From positions 32,001 through 96,000 of IMG/VR virus record IMGVR_UViG_3300031576_000005: a stretch of 64,000 bases of DNA, one strand, 5' to 3'. Source of the stretch: a virus. Position numbers and translations under genes: made by a program. The notes under the pieces are model-generated. The model did no database searches. It was not told the origin of the DNA and worked only from the letters and a program-made list of their open reading frames with translations. Shown here in pieces: positions 1 to 8,853 of the stretch; the first letter of the stretch is position 1, and each line of letters begins with the position of its first letter.

Positions 1-248
1 ACGCTAAAGCAAGCGATAGTTTAATTATAATGGATATTAATACGAGTCGTACTCTCCAACTACCCAATGCTATTGGCAATAAAGGACGTGTATATATAGT
101 AAAAAATATTGGCACTTCTACAAGAACGGTAACCGTTAGTAGCGTAATTGGAGGTCAAACAATCGATGGAGCCGCATCAGATGTTATTAGCGGAAATTAT
201 TTAGTCCGAACGTATATTTCAGATAATAGCAATTGGTTCACAATTTAA
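1..248 (+). CDS. C-terminal part of tail fibre/virion protein (5' truncated by window)
   Basis: Frame is open from nt 3 to the stop. 'TLQLPNAIGNKGRVYIVKN...QTIDG...YISDNSNWFTI' resembles a common phage fibre C-terminal domain. Confidence 0.6.
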   Translation, partial: AKASDSLIIMDINTSRTLQLPNAIGNKGRVYIVKNIGTSTRTVTVSSVIGGQTIDGAASDVISGNYLVRTYISDNSNWFTI

Positions 249-270
249 TTCAACAAAAAAAGGAAATAAA

Positions 271-507
271 ATGATTAATATAATTCAACAAAAAGAAACT
301 ATTCTAACAGTAGATGAGATTACGGTAGAAAGAACTGTAGATATGCCTAGTAATAGAATATGCCACGCATATATCGTAGGATATCCTCGACCCATAGTTC
401 TATGGTCCGACGCCGATTATGACGCCATTGGTCAATGGACTGATATCGACGTAACTAATAGGCTTAATGCTTTTGCGACAAGCGGGATAACCCCTTTCAA
501 ACTCTAA
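271..507 (+). CDS. hypothetical protein
   Basis: 78-aa ORF with AAGGA upstream; TAATATG junction to next gene. Confidence 0.6.
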   Translation: MINIIQQKETILTVDEITVERTVDMPSNRICHAYIVGYPRPIVLWSDADYDAIGQWTDIDVTNRLNAFATSGITPFKL

Positions 508-508
508 T

Positions 509-781
509 ATGTCGTACATCAATCCTTCTATTGGGAGGGTTAATATTCCTGATGGTTCGGGGAAAGGTATGGGACTAGCTACTTTAGTGAGCGGAGGAGC
601 TACTGTAATTCATAGTCTTATAACCAATAATACTCGAATTATGGTTACTCCACAAACAGGAGTTCTTAATTCTGGATTTGTTTGGGTGGACAATAGAACA
701 GCCGGAGTATCTTTTCATATTGCGTCGTCAAATCCATCGGACGGTAGAGAGGTGGCTTGGTTTCTATTCGAGCCAGTCTAA
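509..781 (+). CDS. small virion/fibre-associated beta-rich protein
   Basis: 'GLATLVSGGATV...RIMVTPQ...TAGVSFHIASSNPSDGREVAW' resembles fibre-tip domains; neighbours a fibre gene. Confidence 0.5.
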   Translation: MSYINPSIGRVNIPDGSGKGMGLATLVSGGATVIHSLITNNTRIMVTPQTGVLNSGFVWVDNRTAGVSFHIASSNPSDGREVAWFLFEPV

Positions 782-792
782 AAAAATAGTTG

Positions 793-821
793 TTGCAATC
801 AGTCTGAGTATCTGATATAGT
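793..821 (+). promoter_or_regulatory. sigma70-like promoter
   Basis: TTGCAA-17 nt-TATAGT with extended TG, upstream of the sulfotransferase. Confidence 0.65.
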
Positions 822-848
822 ATATTTGAACACTATAAATATATTTAT

Positions 849-1676
849 ATGAAAATTATCTTTAATTCTTCTCTTCCACGCAGCGGTTCAACTTTGGTTC
901 AAAATATTTTAGGCCAGAATCCCGCATTCTATGTATCTCCAACCAGCGGTACGCTGGAGTTGCTTTATGGAGCTAGAGCTAATTATACCGACTGCCAAGA
1001 ATTCAAGGCGCAGGATAGTGATTTAATGGCTAAAGGATTCTCTGGATTCTGTCTTGGTGGTTTAGAAGGATGGTACAAAAATATTACAGACAAACAAGTT
1101 ATAATTGACAAAAGCCGTGGGTGGATTGGATATTGTGAATTTATTGAAAAATTTATAAAAAACCCAAAGTATATCGTATGCGTTAGAGATTTACGTTCAA
1201 TTTTAGCTAGTATGGAACGACTTTATCGAGAAAATATGGATAAAGTCGATAAAATGGAGGTACCCGCGCAACTTGAGGGAATCACCGTGCACCAAAGGAT
1301 AGCAAAATGGATGAGTTCTCCGCCCGTCGGACTTGCGACACTTCGAATTTATGATGCCATTCATAGAGGAAACATAAAAAATATGTGTGTGATTCGCTAC
1401 GAGGATTTGTTAAGCGAGCCAGAGAAGGTACTTGCCCATCTTTATGAATATTTAGAAGAACCTCTTTTTTTACATGACTTAAAAAATATTCCTCAAATTA
1501 CTCAAGAGCGTGATTCGGAATATGGCGTGTATGGGAATCATGTGATTCGTAATACTCTTTCTAAGCCAGAAACCGACCATTATAAACTTCTTGGAGAAAC
1601 GGCTGGAGCAAATATCATTTCTCAAAATAAGTGGTTTTTCGATTATTTTTATGCTGCGGGTAGCCGATTTTACTAA
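849..1676 (+). CDS. sulfotransferase family protein
   Basis: 5'-PSB motif 'SSLPRSGSTL', 'IDKSRGW', 3'-PB-like 'VRDLRSILAS', 'RYEDLLSEPE'. Confidence 0.85.
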   Translation: MKIIFNSSLPRSGSTLVQNILGQNPAFYVSPTSGTLELLYGARANYTDCQEFKAQDSDLMAKGFSGFCLGGLEGWYKNITDKQVIIDKSRGWIGYCEFIEKFIKNPKYIVCVRDLRSILASMERLYRENMDKVDKMEVPAQLEGITVHQRIAKWMSSPPVGLATLRIYDAIHRGNIKNMCVIRYEDLLSEPEKVLAHLYEYLEEPLFLHDLKNIPQITQERDSEYGVYGNHVIRNTLSKPETDHYKLLGETAGANIISQNKWFFDYFYAAGSRFY

Positions 1677-1678
1677 AA

Positions 1679-2449
1679 ATGTCTATAGTTTCTTTAAATT
1701 ATATTTTAAATTTTATAGATAAAAACGGAATACGTCATCACTCAAAAAGCCTGGTTTCATGCGAGCATCCTTCTCATGTAGGCGAAAAAGAAAGACTGAT
1801 ATATAAAAGTGATGCTGTTAAGGGTTTGGGAATAAAATATTGTCGTTCGTGTTGTGTTAAAGGCAAGAGTCCTTCGGAGGAATCTCGTAAGAAAATGAGT
1901 CTAGCTCAAAGAGGAAAGATAGTCTCTCAAGAAGCTCGTGATAAAATGTCAAAATCTCATATTGGAAAACATGACGGAGAAAAGAATAGTTTTTATGGTA
2001 AACATCATTCGGAAGAAACTAAACGAAAGATTAGAGAATCTAATAAAGGTGAGAAAAGCTCTCTTTACGGGACGCATCATTCAGTTGAATGGCGTGAAAA
2101 AATAGGTTTATCGCAAAAAGGAGAGAAAAATCATCGATGGCGTCAAGATTTAACACAAGCAGAAAGAGAAGACAATAAAAATAGAACTCGAAATCCCAAA
2201 ACTTTAGAATTTCGACAATTAATTTACAAACGCGACAATTGGACTTGTCAAATTACGGGACCGAAAAATATTAAACTAGCAGTTCACCATCTCTACAATT
2301 GGGCAGACCATCCAGACAAACGTTTCGACCCCAACAACGGTATCACCATCTCCGAAGCCTATCACAAGCTCTTCCACAAGATTTACGGTAAACGCCACAA
2401 TACCCCAGAACAATTCGAAGAATTTAAACGTAATATATTAAGTCTTTAA
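1679..2449 (+). CDS. NUMOD3/HNH homing endonuclease-like protein (copy 1)
   Basis: HSEETKRKI-type NUMOD3 repeats; C-terminal 'VHHLYNWADHPDKRFDPNNGITISEAYHKLFH'. Confidence 0.85.
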   Translation: MSIVSLNYILNFIDKNGIRHHSKSLVSCEHPSHVGEKERLIYKSDAVKGLGIKYCRSCCVKGKSPSEESRKKMSLAQRGKIVSQEARDKMSKSHIGKHDGEKNSFYGKHHSEETKRKIRESNKGEKSSLYGTHHSVEWREKIGLSQKGEKNHRWRQDLTQAEREDNKNRTRNPKTLEFRQLIYKRDNWTCQITGPKNIKLAVHHLYNWADHPDKRFDPNNGITISEAYHKLFHKIYGKRHNTPEQFEEFKRNILSL

Positions 2450-2501
2450 TATATATAAATTCTTTAGTGTCGCTATAGTTCCGCCGGTCAGTGTCTAAAA
2501 A

Positions 2502-2510
2502 AGTGTAATA
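2502..2510 (+). promoter_or_regulatory. putative phage late promoter motif AGTGTAATA
   Basis: Motif recurs upstream of structural genes; this copy starts 30 nt before the 2532 ATG. Confidence 0.55.
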
Positions 2511-2531
2511 TCTATCAGAGATATTGCGCTT

Positions 2532-2837
2532 ATGTCATCCAAGGGTACTAAAAATATAATTACTGATGCGGAAACGTTAAAAGACCTCATTTATGAGGTT
2601 CATAGCCCATCTTTAAAGAAGATTTCGCGTACTTTGATATTAGGTAATCTTGGCATCATCTTGGCCATGTCCTGGGGAATAATTACAGACCATTTCGTAG
2701 TAAAAAACCTAGTATCTATCACAAGTATTCATTCAACGCAAATTGATGGATTAAATAATAGAACTACTAGTAACGAAAAAGCCCTTGCTGCGGATGATGC
2801 TCGCATTAAGAATATAGAAAATAATAGAAAAAGATAA
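2532..2837 (+). CDS. single-TM protein with coiled-coil C-terminus (possibly lysis-related)
   Basis: Hydrophobic 'LILGNLGIILAMSWGII' followed by a heptad-like tail. Confidence 0.45.
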   Translation: MSSKGTKNIITDAETLKDLIYEVHSPSLKKISRTLILGNLGIILAMSWGIITDHFVVKNLVSITSIHSTQIDGLNNRTTSNEKALAADDARIKNIENNRKR

Positions 2838-2838
2838 T

Positions 2839-3279
2839 ATGAAAAAAATTGAAGCTAACTTTAAAAAACTTGAACTAAAAGATTTAAATTTAATTATTGC
2901 CGAGGCTTTACCAGTTAAGCTTCCCGTCCCTGATTCGGCTCAATCTAAGCCAACCGATTATTATTATACTAAAGATGAACTTGAAGGTGTTTTTCGAAAA
3001 TTATACACCGATGTAACCGATGTTATTCATAATGTTCACGCCAATCATATGAGTGATTATCAAAATTTAATAGACCAAATTAATGATTGTATGGAAACAC
3101 ACGATACCGGCCACCTTCCAGCAATGCATAAAGGACAAATTAAAGCAATGTTAAAATCTGCTGGTATTTGTGACGACTTTGATGATGAAAAACAACCAAT
3201 ATCTCGCGCTCCCGCTCGCGTATATTCGAGCGATTCAGACAAAACTTCTTTCGCAAAGATTGAAATTAAAGTTAAGTAA
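2839..3279 (+). CDS. hypothetical protein
   Basis: 146-aa ORF coupled by TAATATG at both ends. Confidence 0.65.
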   Translation: MKKIEANFKKLELKDLNLIIAEALPVKLPVPDSAQSKPTDYYYTKDELEGVFRKLYTDVTDVIHNVHANHMSDYQNLIDQINDCMETHDTGHLPAMHKGQIKAMLKSAGICDDFDDEKQPISRAPARVYSSDSDKTSFAKIEIKVK

Positions 3280-3280
3280 T

Positions 3281-4777
3281 ATGGAGAAGAAGCAAAGAGT
3301 TATTCATATAGAAGGTAGTGACTTAAAACTCATTCGTCATCCGAAGAGAGAGTTGGTGGCTTGTGCTAGCGAAATAGGAATACAAGAAGCCTATGCAAAA
3401 TTATTCCCTAAAGACCCTAAAAAAGATATTCTCTATTTTAGTGGGATTAGCTTCACTATAGGCAATATCAACAAAAATGATTGTATTATCCTTCCAGACG
3501 AAGGTATGTCAATGTATAAGACAGGGATTTCCTCTCCTCTTGATATAGAGCATGAACGAGAGCGAATAGTTGGTTTTTGTGTTAATACATACTTATCAAA
3601 CATAAACAATAATAAAATCTTAGACGAAGAGCAAGCACAGGAAATTCTTGGCGGTAAAGGTATGGTGAATGTTGGCGTTGTTATGGGAGCGTGGAAAATT
3701 AATGCACAAGAAGCTACTGAATTATTACTCGAAAATTTTGACGAAAACTCTGCCAATTTTAATAAAATTAAACTTTCTTTCGAATGTTACTTTAGTGATT
3801 TTTCTTTCTTTTTATCCAATGGACGAGCTAATTATCCAGATGGACAATTAATATCTAGCGGCGAAGATAATATTGACGCTGACAAAATGTTCGATGCCTT
3901 AAAAATAAACGGTGGAAATGGTGTCTGGCAAGGTAATCGTATATCAATAGCCCCCCATAAATCCTTTATCGGCGGTAATGCAATTACCCTTGCTCCAGCC
4001 AACGAATTTAGTCATTTGGTATCAAAAAAGGAAGATGAAAGCATTTTAATCCATGTTTCTACCGAATCTAAAACTACAGAAATAGAAAAAAGTGTAAATA
4101 TAAACACAGGAGACATTATTATGCCCGAACCCCTTAAAGATACAAAAAGTGAAATTGCAGTTGAAGCAGCCGTCGCTCCAATATTAGTTGATAAAGACAT
4201 GGCTGATAAACTTCAATCTGAACTGAATATTAAGCTTTCTGAGCTTAGCGCAAAAGAGAACAAAGTCACAGAACTTACAGCAAGTGTTGATGCACTGAAA
4301 AAAGAAAATGAAGAGATTAAAGAAAAACTTATCAAAGCCGAAGAAATGGCTAAAAAGATTCAAGAGTTTCTTGACAAAGAAATTGAAGCTCGTAAAATCG
4401 CTGAAGCAAAAGAAGTCGCCATGGCACAAAAACAATTGGTAGCATCTAGGCTTGGTAAAATTAGTGAATTCATTGAAATCACAGATAATAACCGAGCATT
4501 GCTTGAAAAAGAATGCGCCGATGCTTCTGATGAAGATTTTAATAGGAAACTTGATTTTTATAAGAGTATTTCAAAGAGCGTTCAAGCTAGCATAGAACCT
4601 TCTAATGATAAAGATGTTAAGGCAACTATTGAAGATGTAGTGGCTGATACAGGGAAAGACACAAAAAGTGTAAATATTCATGCGGCAGCACCAAGTGAAT
4701 CATTAAAAGACCAATTTGCGAGGGCATTTAATATTAAAGCTCTCGGATATACAGATAAAAGATTAGTTAACGAGTAA
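3281..4777 (+). CDS. prohead protease / scaffold fusion
   Basis: 'PLDIEHERERIVG', 'LSFECYF', 'GGNAITLAPAN' (His/Ser maturation protease pattern); coiled-coil C-half; upstream of capsid genes. Start moved from 3170 to the ATG at 3281 (TAATATG junction). Confidence 0.75.
   Translation: MEKKQRVIHIEGSDLKLIRHPKRELVACASEIGIQEAYAKLFPKDPKKDILYFSGISFTIGNINKNDCIILPDEGMSMYKTGISSPLDIEHERERIVGFCVNTYLSNINNNKILDEEQAQEILGGKGMVNVGVVMGAWKINAQEATELLLENFDENSANFNKIKLSFECYFSDFSFFLSNGRANYPDGQLISSGEDNIDADKMFDALKINGGNGVWQGNRISIAPHKSFIGGNAITLAPANEFSHLVSKKEDESILIHVSTESKTTEIEKSVNINTGDIIMPEPLKDTKSEIAVEAAVAPILVDKDMADKLQSELNIKLSELSAKENKVTELTASVDALKKENEEIKEKLIKAEEMAKKIQEFLDKEIEARKIAEAKEVAMAQKQLVASRLGKISEFIEITDNNRALLEKECADASDEDFNRKLDFYKSISKSVQASIEPSNDKDVKATIEDVVADTGKDTKSVNIHAAAPSESLKDQFARAFNIKALGYTDKRLVNE
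4091..4120 (+). promoter_or_regulatory. internal late promoter motif plus SD
   Basis: AGTGTAAATA, then ACAGGAG, then in-frame ATG at 4121. Confidence 0.6.
4121..4777 (+). CDS. nested in-frame scaffolding protein (218 aa)
   Basis: In-frame ATG with own SD and promoter motif; product is a charged coiled coil. Confidence 0.6.
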   Translation: MPEPLKDTKSEIAVEAAVAPILVDKDMADKLQSELNIKLSELSAKENKVTELTASVDALKKENEEIKEKLIKAEEMAKKIQEFLDKEIEARKIAEAKEVAMAQKQLVASRLGKISEFIEITDNNRALLEKECADASDEDFNRKLDFYKSISKSVQASIEPSNDKDVKATIEDVVADTGKDTKSVNIHAAAPSESLKDQFARAFNIKALGYTDKRLVNE

Positions 4778-4796
4778 TATAAACAGGAGAAAATAA

Positions 4797-5336
4797 ATGA
4801 ATTTAAAGCCATTTCGTAGTTACGAAGAAGCAAGTGTAATTAACCTATATTCCCTTGCAGAAGCCTCTGGTAATGCTGGAGATATGGTACAGTTCCAATC
4901 TTGGAATCCAACCGATTCTGATGGTTATGATTCTAATCAGAACTTAGCACCATTTGCAGGAATGACAATTCCTCGATATGTCGACAAAGCCAAAGTCGCT
5001 CTTGTCACATCTGGAAATACAGCAATCGCGGCCGGTGCATTACTGTGGGATGTTCGTGCTAACGACGCTCTTGGCCGACCTCTAATTTATGACGCACAAC
5101 GTTGGAATGAATTGCAAGTTGTCTATTCTGGACAAACTGTACCAATTCTCAAACGTGGTATTGTGATAGTAAGTGGCTACGAAGGAACAGCGGCTGCTGG
5201 TTCAGGCATTGCTGCTGGAGATAGTACCGCTGGCGCATGGAAAGTTGTTGGACCCGCCGTTACCCCAAATTGTGGTAAATGGCTCTCTCAATCTGGCTCG
5301 GATGGATATGCCGTAGCATTCTTAGATGTACGATAA
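4797..5336 (+). CDS. head decoration/cement protein
   Basis: Between scaffold and MCP; Ala/Gly-rich; SD ACAGGAG; AGTGTAAATA at 4667. Confidence 0.6.
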   Translation: MNLKPFRSYEEASVINLYSLAEASGNAGDMVQFQSWNPTDSDGYDSNQNLAPFAGMTIPRYVDKAKVALVTSGNTAIAAGALLWDVRANDALGRPLIYDAQRWNELQVVYSGQTVPILKRGIVIVSGYEGTAAAGSGIAAGDSTAGAWKVVGPAVTPNCGKWLSQSGSDGYAVAFLDVR

Positions 5337-5358
5337 TTTATAAAATAAAGGATATCAA

Positions 5359-6438
5359 ATGAAAGTAGTTATTAACGCAACTCCCGAACAAATTGAGCTT
5401 TTAAAGCTAACTGGTTCTCGTGACCGCAGTAAAGCATGGCCAGCGATGGAAGCCTTCGCTGCTATTCTATCACCTGTAGTCCAAGTTGTGCTTGATAAGC
5501 TTTCTACAGTTCGTAGCATGTACACTGTAAAAACTCTCGGAGAAAATGACAATGCGGAATTCCCATTGGACATCTTCTTCAATGAAAAAGATAACGATAT
5601 TCGAGTGCATTTTCAACCTCGTCCAGGTGGAATGCCTTCTTCGTTTCTTTCAGACCTTCAAACAGCTATCGTGCCTACAGCAATGTATCAAGCCGAAGTT
5701 TCTTGGCAGAATAAGTTTGCCCGAAATGGTCGCTTAGATGTAATTGCTTCCTATATCCATAAATTAGGTCAGGCTTTAATTCGTAAAGAGGAAATTAATG
5801 GTTGGGGCGTTGCTCTTAATGCTGCTGCTGTTGGTAGCACGAACGGTTTGTCACACACCGTTACTTCTACCACAACTGATGGTATATTCCATTTAGACCT
5901 TCTCAATCAAATGTTGAATCGCGCAAAACGCATCAATACTTCGATTGACCAAGGAACAGCTTCTAATGCTCCACAAGGACTAACGGATATTTTCCTTTCT
6001 GTTGAAGCTATGTCAGATGTTCGCTCATTTAGTTATAATGGTATCAACGTTCGAGGTGCGATTGTTACTACTCCAGCCGCTGGAGATTCGACCATCGCAT
6101 TACCAGACGACCTTCGTAAACAAATCTTAGCTGGTGCCGGAATGCCTAGCTTATTTGGTTTAAATCTCCATGAGATGAACGAATTCGGTGTTAACTTCAG
6201 TTATAACATTCTCTTCAAGAGTTTCTATACTGGAACATTCGTTCAAACCGCCGATGAAGTTGTTATCGGTGTTGATATGTCTCGTGATTCTAACGTAATG
6301 CCCGCTAAAGGTGACTTACAAATCGTAAATGACATATTTAATAACCGTAGCGATAAATCTGGTGTTCTTGCACAGGAAGATATTGGTTTCGCTGTGCTTG
6401 ATAATCGCGCGTTAATCGCAGGAATTATCGATGGTTAA
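5359..6438 (+). CDS. major capsid protein
   Basis: 359 aa, downstream of protease/scaffold and decoration gene, followed by a terminator; C-terminal 'IGFAVLDNRALIAG'. Confidence 0.8.
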   Translation: MKVVINATPEQIELLKLTGSRDRSKAWPAMEAFAAILSPVVQVVLDKLSTVRSMYTVKTLGENDNAEFPLDIFFNEKDNDIRVHFQPRPGGMPSSFLSDLQTAIVPTAMYQAEVSWQNKFARNGRLDVIASYIHKLGQALIRKEEINGWGVALNAAAVGSTNGLSHTVTSTTTDGIFHLDLLNQMLNRAKRINTSIDQGTASNAPQGLTDIFLSVEAMSDVRSFSYNGINVRGAIVTTPAAGDSTIALPDDLRKQILAGAGMPSLFGLNLHEMNEFGVNFSYNILFKSFYTGTFVQTADEVVIGVDMSRDSNVMPAKGDLQIVNDIFNNRSDKSGVLAQEDIGFAVLDNRALIAGIIDG

Positions 6439-6460
6439 TAATATCTAATAAAATATAAAA

Positions 6461-6494
6461 AAAAGAGCCGCATTCGCAGGTTTGCGGCTTTTTT
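6461..6494 (+). terminator. intrinsic terminator
   Basis: AGCCGCA/TGCGGCT stem followed by a T run, after the MCP. Confidence 0.8.
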
Positions 6495-6503
6495 GTTTTC
6501 TAG

Positions 6504-6532
6504 TTGAAACATATCAATAAAACTGCTATAAT
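6504..6532 (+). promoter_or_regulatory. sigma70-like promoter
   Basis: TTGAAA-17 nt-TATAAT with TG extension. Confidence 0.75.
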
Positions 6533-6549
6533 AAGGTAAAAGGAATAAT

Positions 6550-6876
6550 ATGGAAAAAAATAAAGTAGTATCTATTACAGGAAAAGAAGACAAAGAAGTC
6601 GAGGCTAAGGATTTGAACGAAGTAATCAGTGGGAAAAAGGCTAATAAATTTTCTAAATACCCCACTAAAGAAATTTATAAAAAGGCTTTATATGAAATGA
6701 CTCATATTGAGCTTTGCGATGAATTGATGCGTTTGGGACATCATGCTAGTTGCGAAAAGGAATTTTGTCGAAATAAATGTCTGGCTTTATATGAAGCCGC
6801 TCAGAAGCCAAGAACAGTAACATATCCCGCTCAAAAGAATGTGAGCTTGGAAGATATTATTAGAGAGAACAAATAA
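6550..6876 (+). CDS. hypothetical protein
   Basis: 108-aa ORF with own sigma70 promoter and AAGGA SD. Confidence 0.65.
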   Translation: MEKNKVVSITGKEDKEVEAKDLNEVISGKKANKFSKYPTKEIYKKALYEMTHIELCDELMRLGHHASCEKEFCRNKCLALYEAAQKPRTVTYPAQKNVSLEDIIRENK

Positions 6877-6912
6877 GTTGGTACGTCTAGAAAAAGGTGG
6901 AAGAGGGATTAT

Positions 6913-6921
6913 AGTGTAATA
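6913..6921 (+). promoter_or_regulatory. putative late promoter motif
   Basis: AGTGTAATA upstream of neck genes. Confidence 0.55.
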
Positions 6922-6984
6922 TTAATGGAATACCGCGTATTTTTTATGCGTGATATATTATTTAAATATTAACATTTCTATATT

Positions 6985-7479
6985 ATGTGTAGCGATACTT
7001 CTGGATACATTTCGAACATTCTTCTCGCGGTTGGCGATGAAGCAAATTTGGTTTATACGTCAGGAACTGTCAATCAACTCATTTTTGCTAAACTGCCTAT
7101 GCTCAATGGTCTCATGGGGACATGTTTTTCTGGTGACTCTACCGTTGGTTGCATAACTCCCTCTATTTCGGGAACCGTATATCAATCGATATTGGAGCTT
7201 TTAATTTCTAAAGAATTGACTAAACGCTCTATGTATACGGCAAGCAGAACATTCACCCTAACTTCGTTCAAAGAAGGGGATAGTTCAGTAAATGTGTCAG
7301 ACCAATCAAAATATTTACATGAATTATACAAACAATTACAAAGCGAATTCGATAGGATTGTGAATCAAACAAAATATTCAATAGCGTCTAATGCGGTTAC
7401 TACAGTTATTGGAACAGACGCCAGTATTCAAGAAACTATTCCATATATTCAATATGGGCGTTATTATCCGAACTATTAG
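6985..7479 (+). CDS. putative head-tail adaptor
   Basis: Position after MCP; 'TSFKEGDSSV' adaptor-like beta-hairpin. Confidence 0.55.
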   Translation: MCSDTSGYISNILLAVGDEANLVYTSGTVNQLIFAKLPMLNGLMGTCFSGDSTVGCITPSISGTVYQSILELLISKELTKRSMYTASRTFTLTSFKEGDSSVNVSDQSKYLHELYKQLQSEFDRIVNQTKYSIASNAVTTVIGTDASIQETIPYIQYGRYYPNY

Positions 7480-7493
7480 ACCGAGATTAGATT

Positions 7494-8291
7494 ATGATAT
7501 TGAAAATTGAATTCGAACGAAGAAAATCTGGGGTAGAAAAACATAAGAGATGGTTCTCTTTGGTAAAATGTGATGATTGTGGAGAGGAAAGGACAATATT
7601 AAAACGTGATGCGATTGCGGGAAAAGGCGATGAATTTTGTGCTAATTGTTCTAGAAAAGGAAAAAGAAATGCTAATTATGGGAAAACACATTCCATAGAA
7701 ATTCGTCAAAAAATAAGCGAATCTCTAGCTGGGGAAAATCATCCAATGTTTGGTAAACGTCACAGTAAAGAAACATGCGAAAAAATAGCCAAATCTTTAA
7801 TTGGAAAAAATTGCGGAGAGGAAAATCATAATTTCGGTAAAAATTTTTCTGAAGAATGGCGTGAAAAAATAGGTGCATCCCATAGGGGGGAAAAGTGTTA
7901 TAATTACGGAAAACATCTTTCCGAAGAAACTCGTCAAAAGCTAAGTTTATGCCACAAAGGAGAAAAAAATTATAATTGGAGATTCGATTTAACTCAGGAA
8001 GAAAGAGAAAATAATAAAAATAGACGATATAATCCCAAAACCCAAGAATTCCGAAAATTAGTTTTAGCACGAGATAATTATACCGACCAAATTACTGGGA
8101 AAAGAGGCGGAAAATTAATTGTTCATCATCTTTACAATTGGGAGGATTATCCCGACAAAAGATTTAACATAAACAACGGTGTTACAATCTCCGAGGCTTA
8201 CCATATTTTATTTCATAAAATCTATGGATATAGATATAATACACCCGAACAGTTCGAGGAATTCAAACAAAATATTTTAAACTTTAATTAA
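7494..8291 (+). CDS. NUMOD3/HNH endonuclease-like protein (copy 2)
   Basis: CDDC..CANC Zn finger, four H[SL]xE/FSEE repeats, HHLYNW..NNG..H..FH. Confidence 0.85.
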   Translation: MILKIEFERRKSGVEKHKRWFSLVKCDDCGEERTILKRDAIAGKGDEFCANCSRKGKRNANYGKTHSIEIRQKISESLAGENHPMFGKRHSKETCEKIAKSLIGKNCGEENHNFGKNFSEEWREKIGASHRGEKCYNYGKHLSEETRQKLSLCHKGEKNYNWRFDLTQEERENNKNRRYNPKTQEFRKLVLARDNYTDQITGKRGGKLIVHHLYNWEDYPDKRFNINNGVTISEAYHILFHKIYGYRYNTPEQFEEFKQNILNFN

Positions 8292-8852
8292 ATGAGTTAT
8301 CCCGCTATCCCTATAAATGCGATTGTTTCTAAATACAAAGAAGCTTTTGACTGGCTGCATTCGGGAACATCCAGACAAATCATAGTTATGGTTGAGCCGC
8401 TACGTAGCGGTTGTTTAAATCACTCAGGCTGGGACCCGATTCTTAAAAAGGCTTTTCCGGTTTATAACTCTGGTAATCCGTTTTCTCAAACATCACCAAC
8501 CGTCATTCCTTCATTCAATATCAGTGGCACACTCAACATACCCTTCAGCGGAGGTGTAGAATGTCCAGTCTGTAATGGAAATGGATTTTTGTTATCTCCA
8601 TCTTCGGGTATAATAAATGCAAGAATCCAATGGAGAAACCAAGATACAGATTTTGATGTAGAAAAAGCAAAATTAAAATCAGATGAATTTTCTGTCCGCA
8701 TAAAAGTTACTGGTTCCGTTGATGCAGCACTTGTAGATAGGAATACTCGCGTAATTATTGATGGTCGTTCTTGCCTAATGGTGAAACAAGGAGTCCCTGT
8801 AGGACTCAGAGATATTCATTCGTATTATTATTACTTTAAAGATTTACAATAA
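8292..8852 (+). CDS. putative head closure protein
   Basis: Synteny in the neck module; CxxC; many SG dipeptides. Confidence 0.5.
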   Translation: MSYPAIPINAIVSKYKEAFDWLHSGTSRQIIVMVEPLRSGCLNHSGWDPILKKAFPVYNSGNPFSQTSPTVIPSFNISGTLNIPFSGGVECPVCNGNGFLLSPSSGIINARIQWRNQDTDFDVEKAKLKSDEFSVRIKVTGSVDAALVDRNTRVIIDGRSCLMVKQGVPVGLRDIHSYYYYFKDLQ

Positions 8853-8853
8853 T

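Noticed and set aside
1670-2460. Target-site duplications or terminal inverted repeats around HNH genes
   Set aside because: None found by eye at the flanks examined, so IS-like transposition is not supported.
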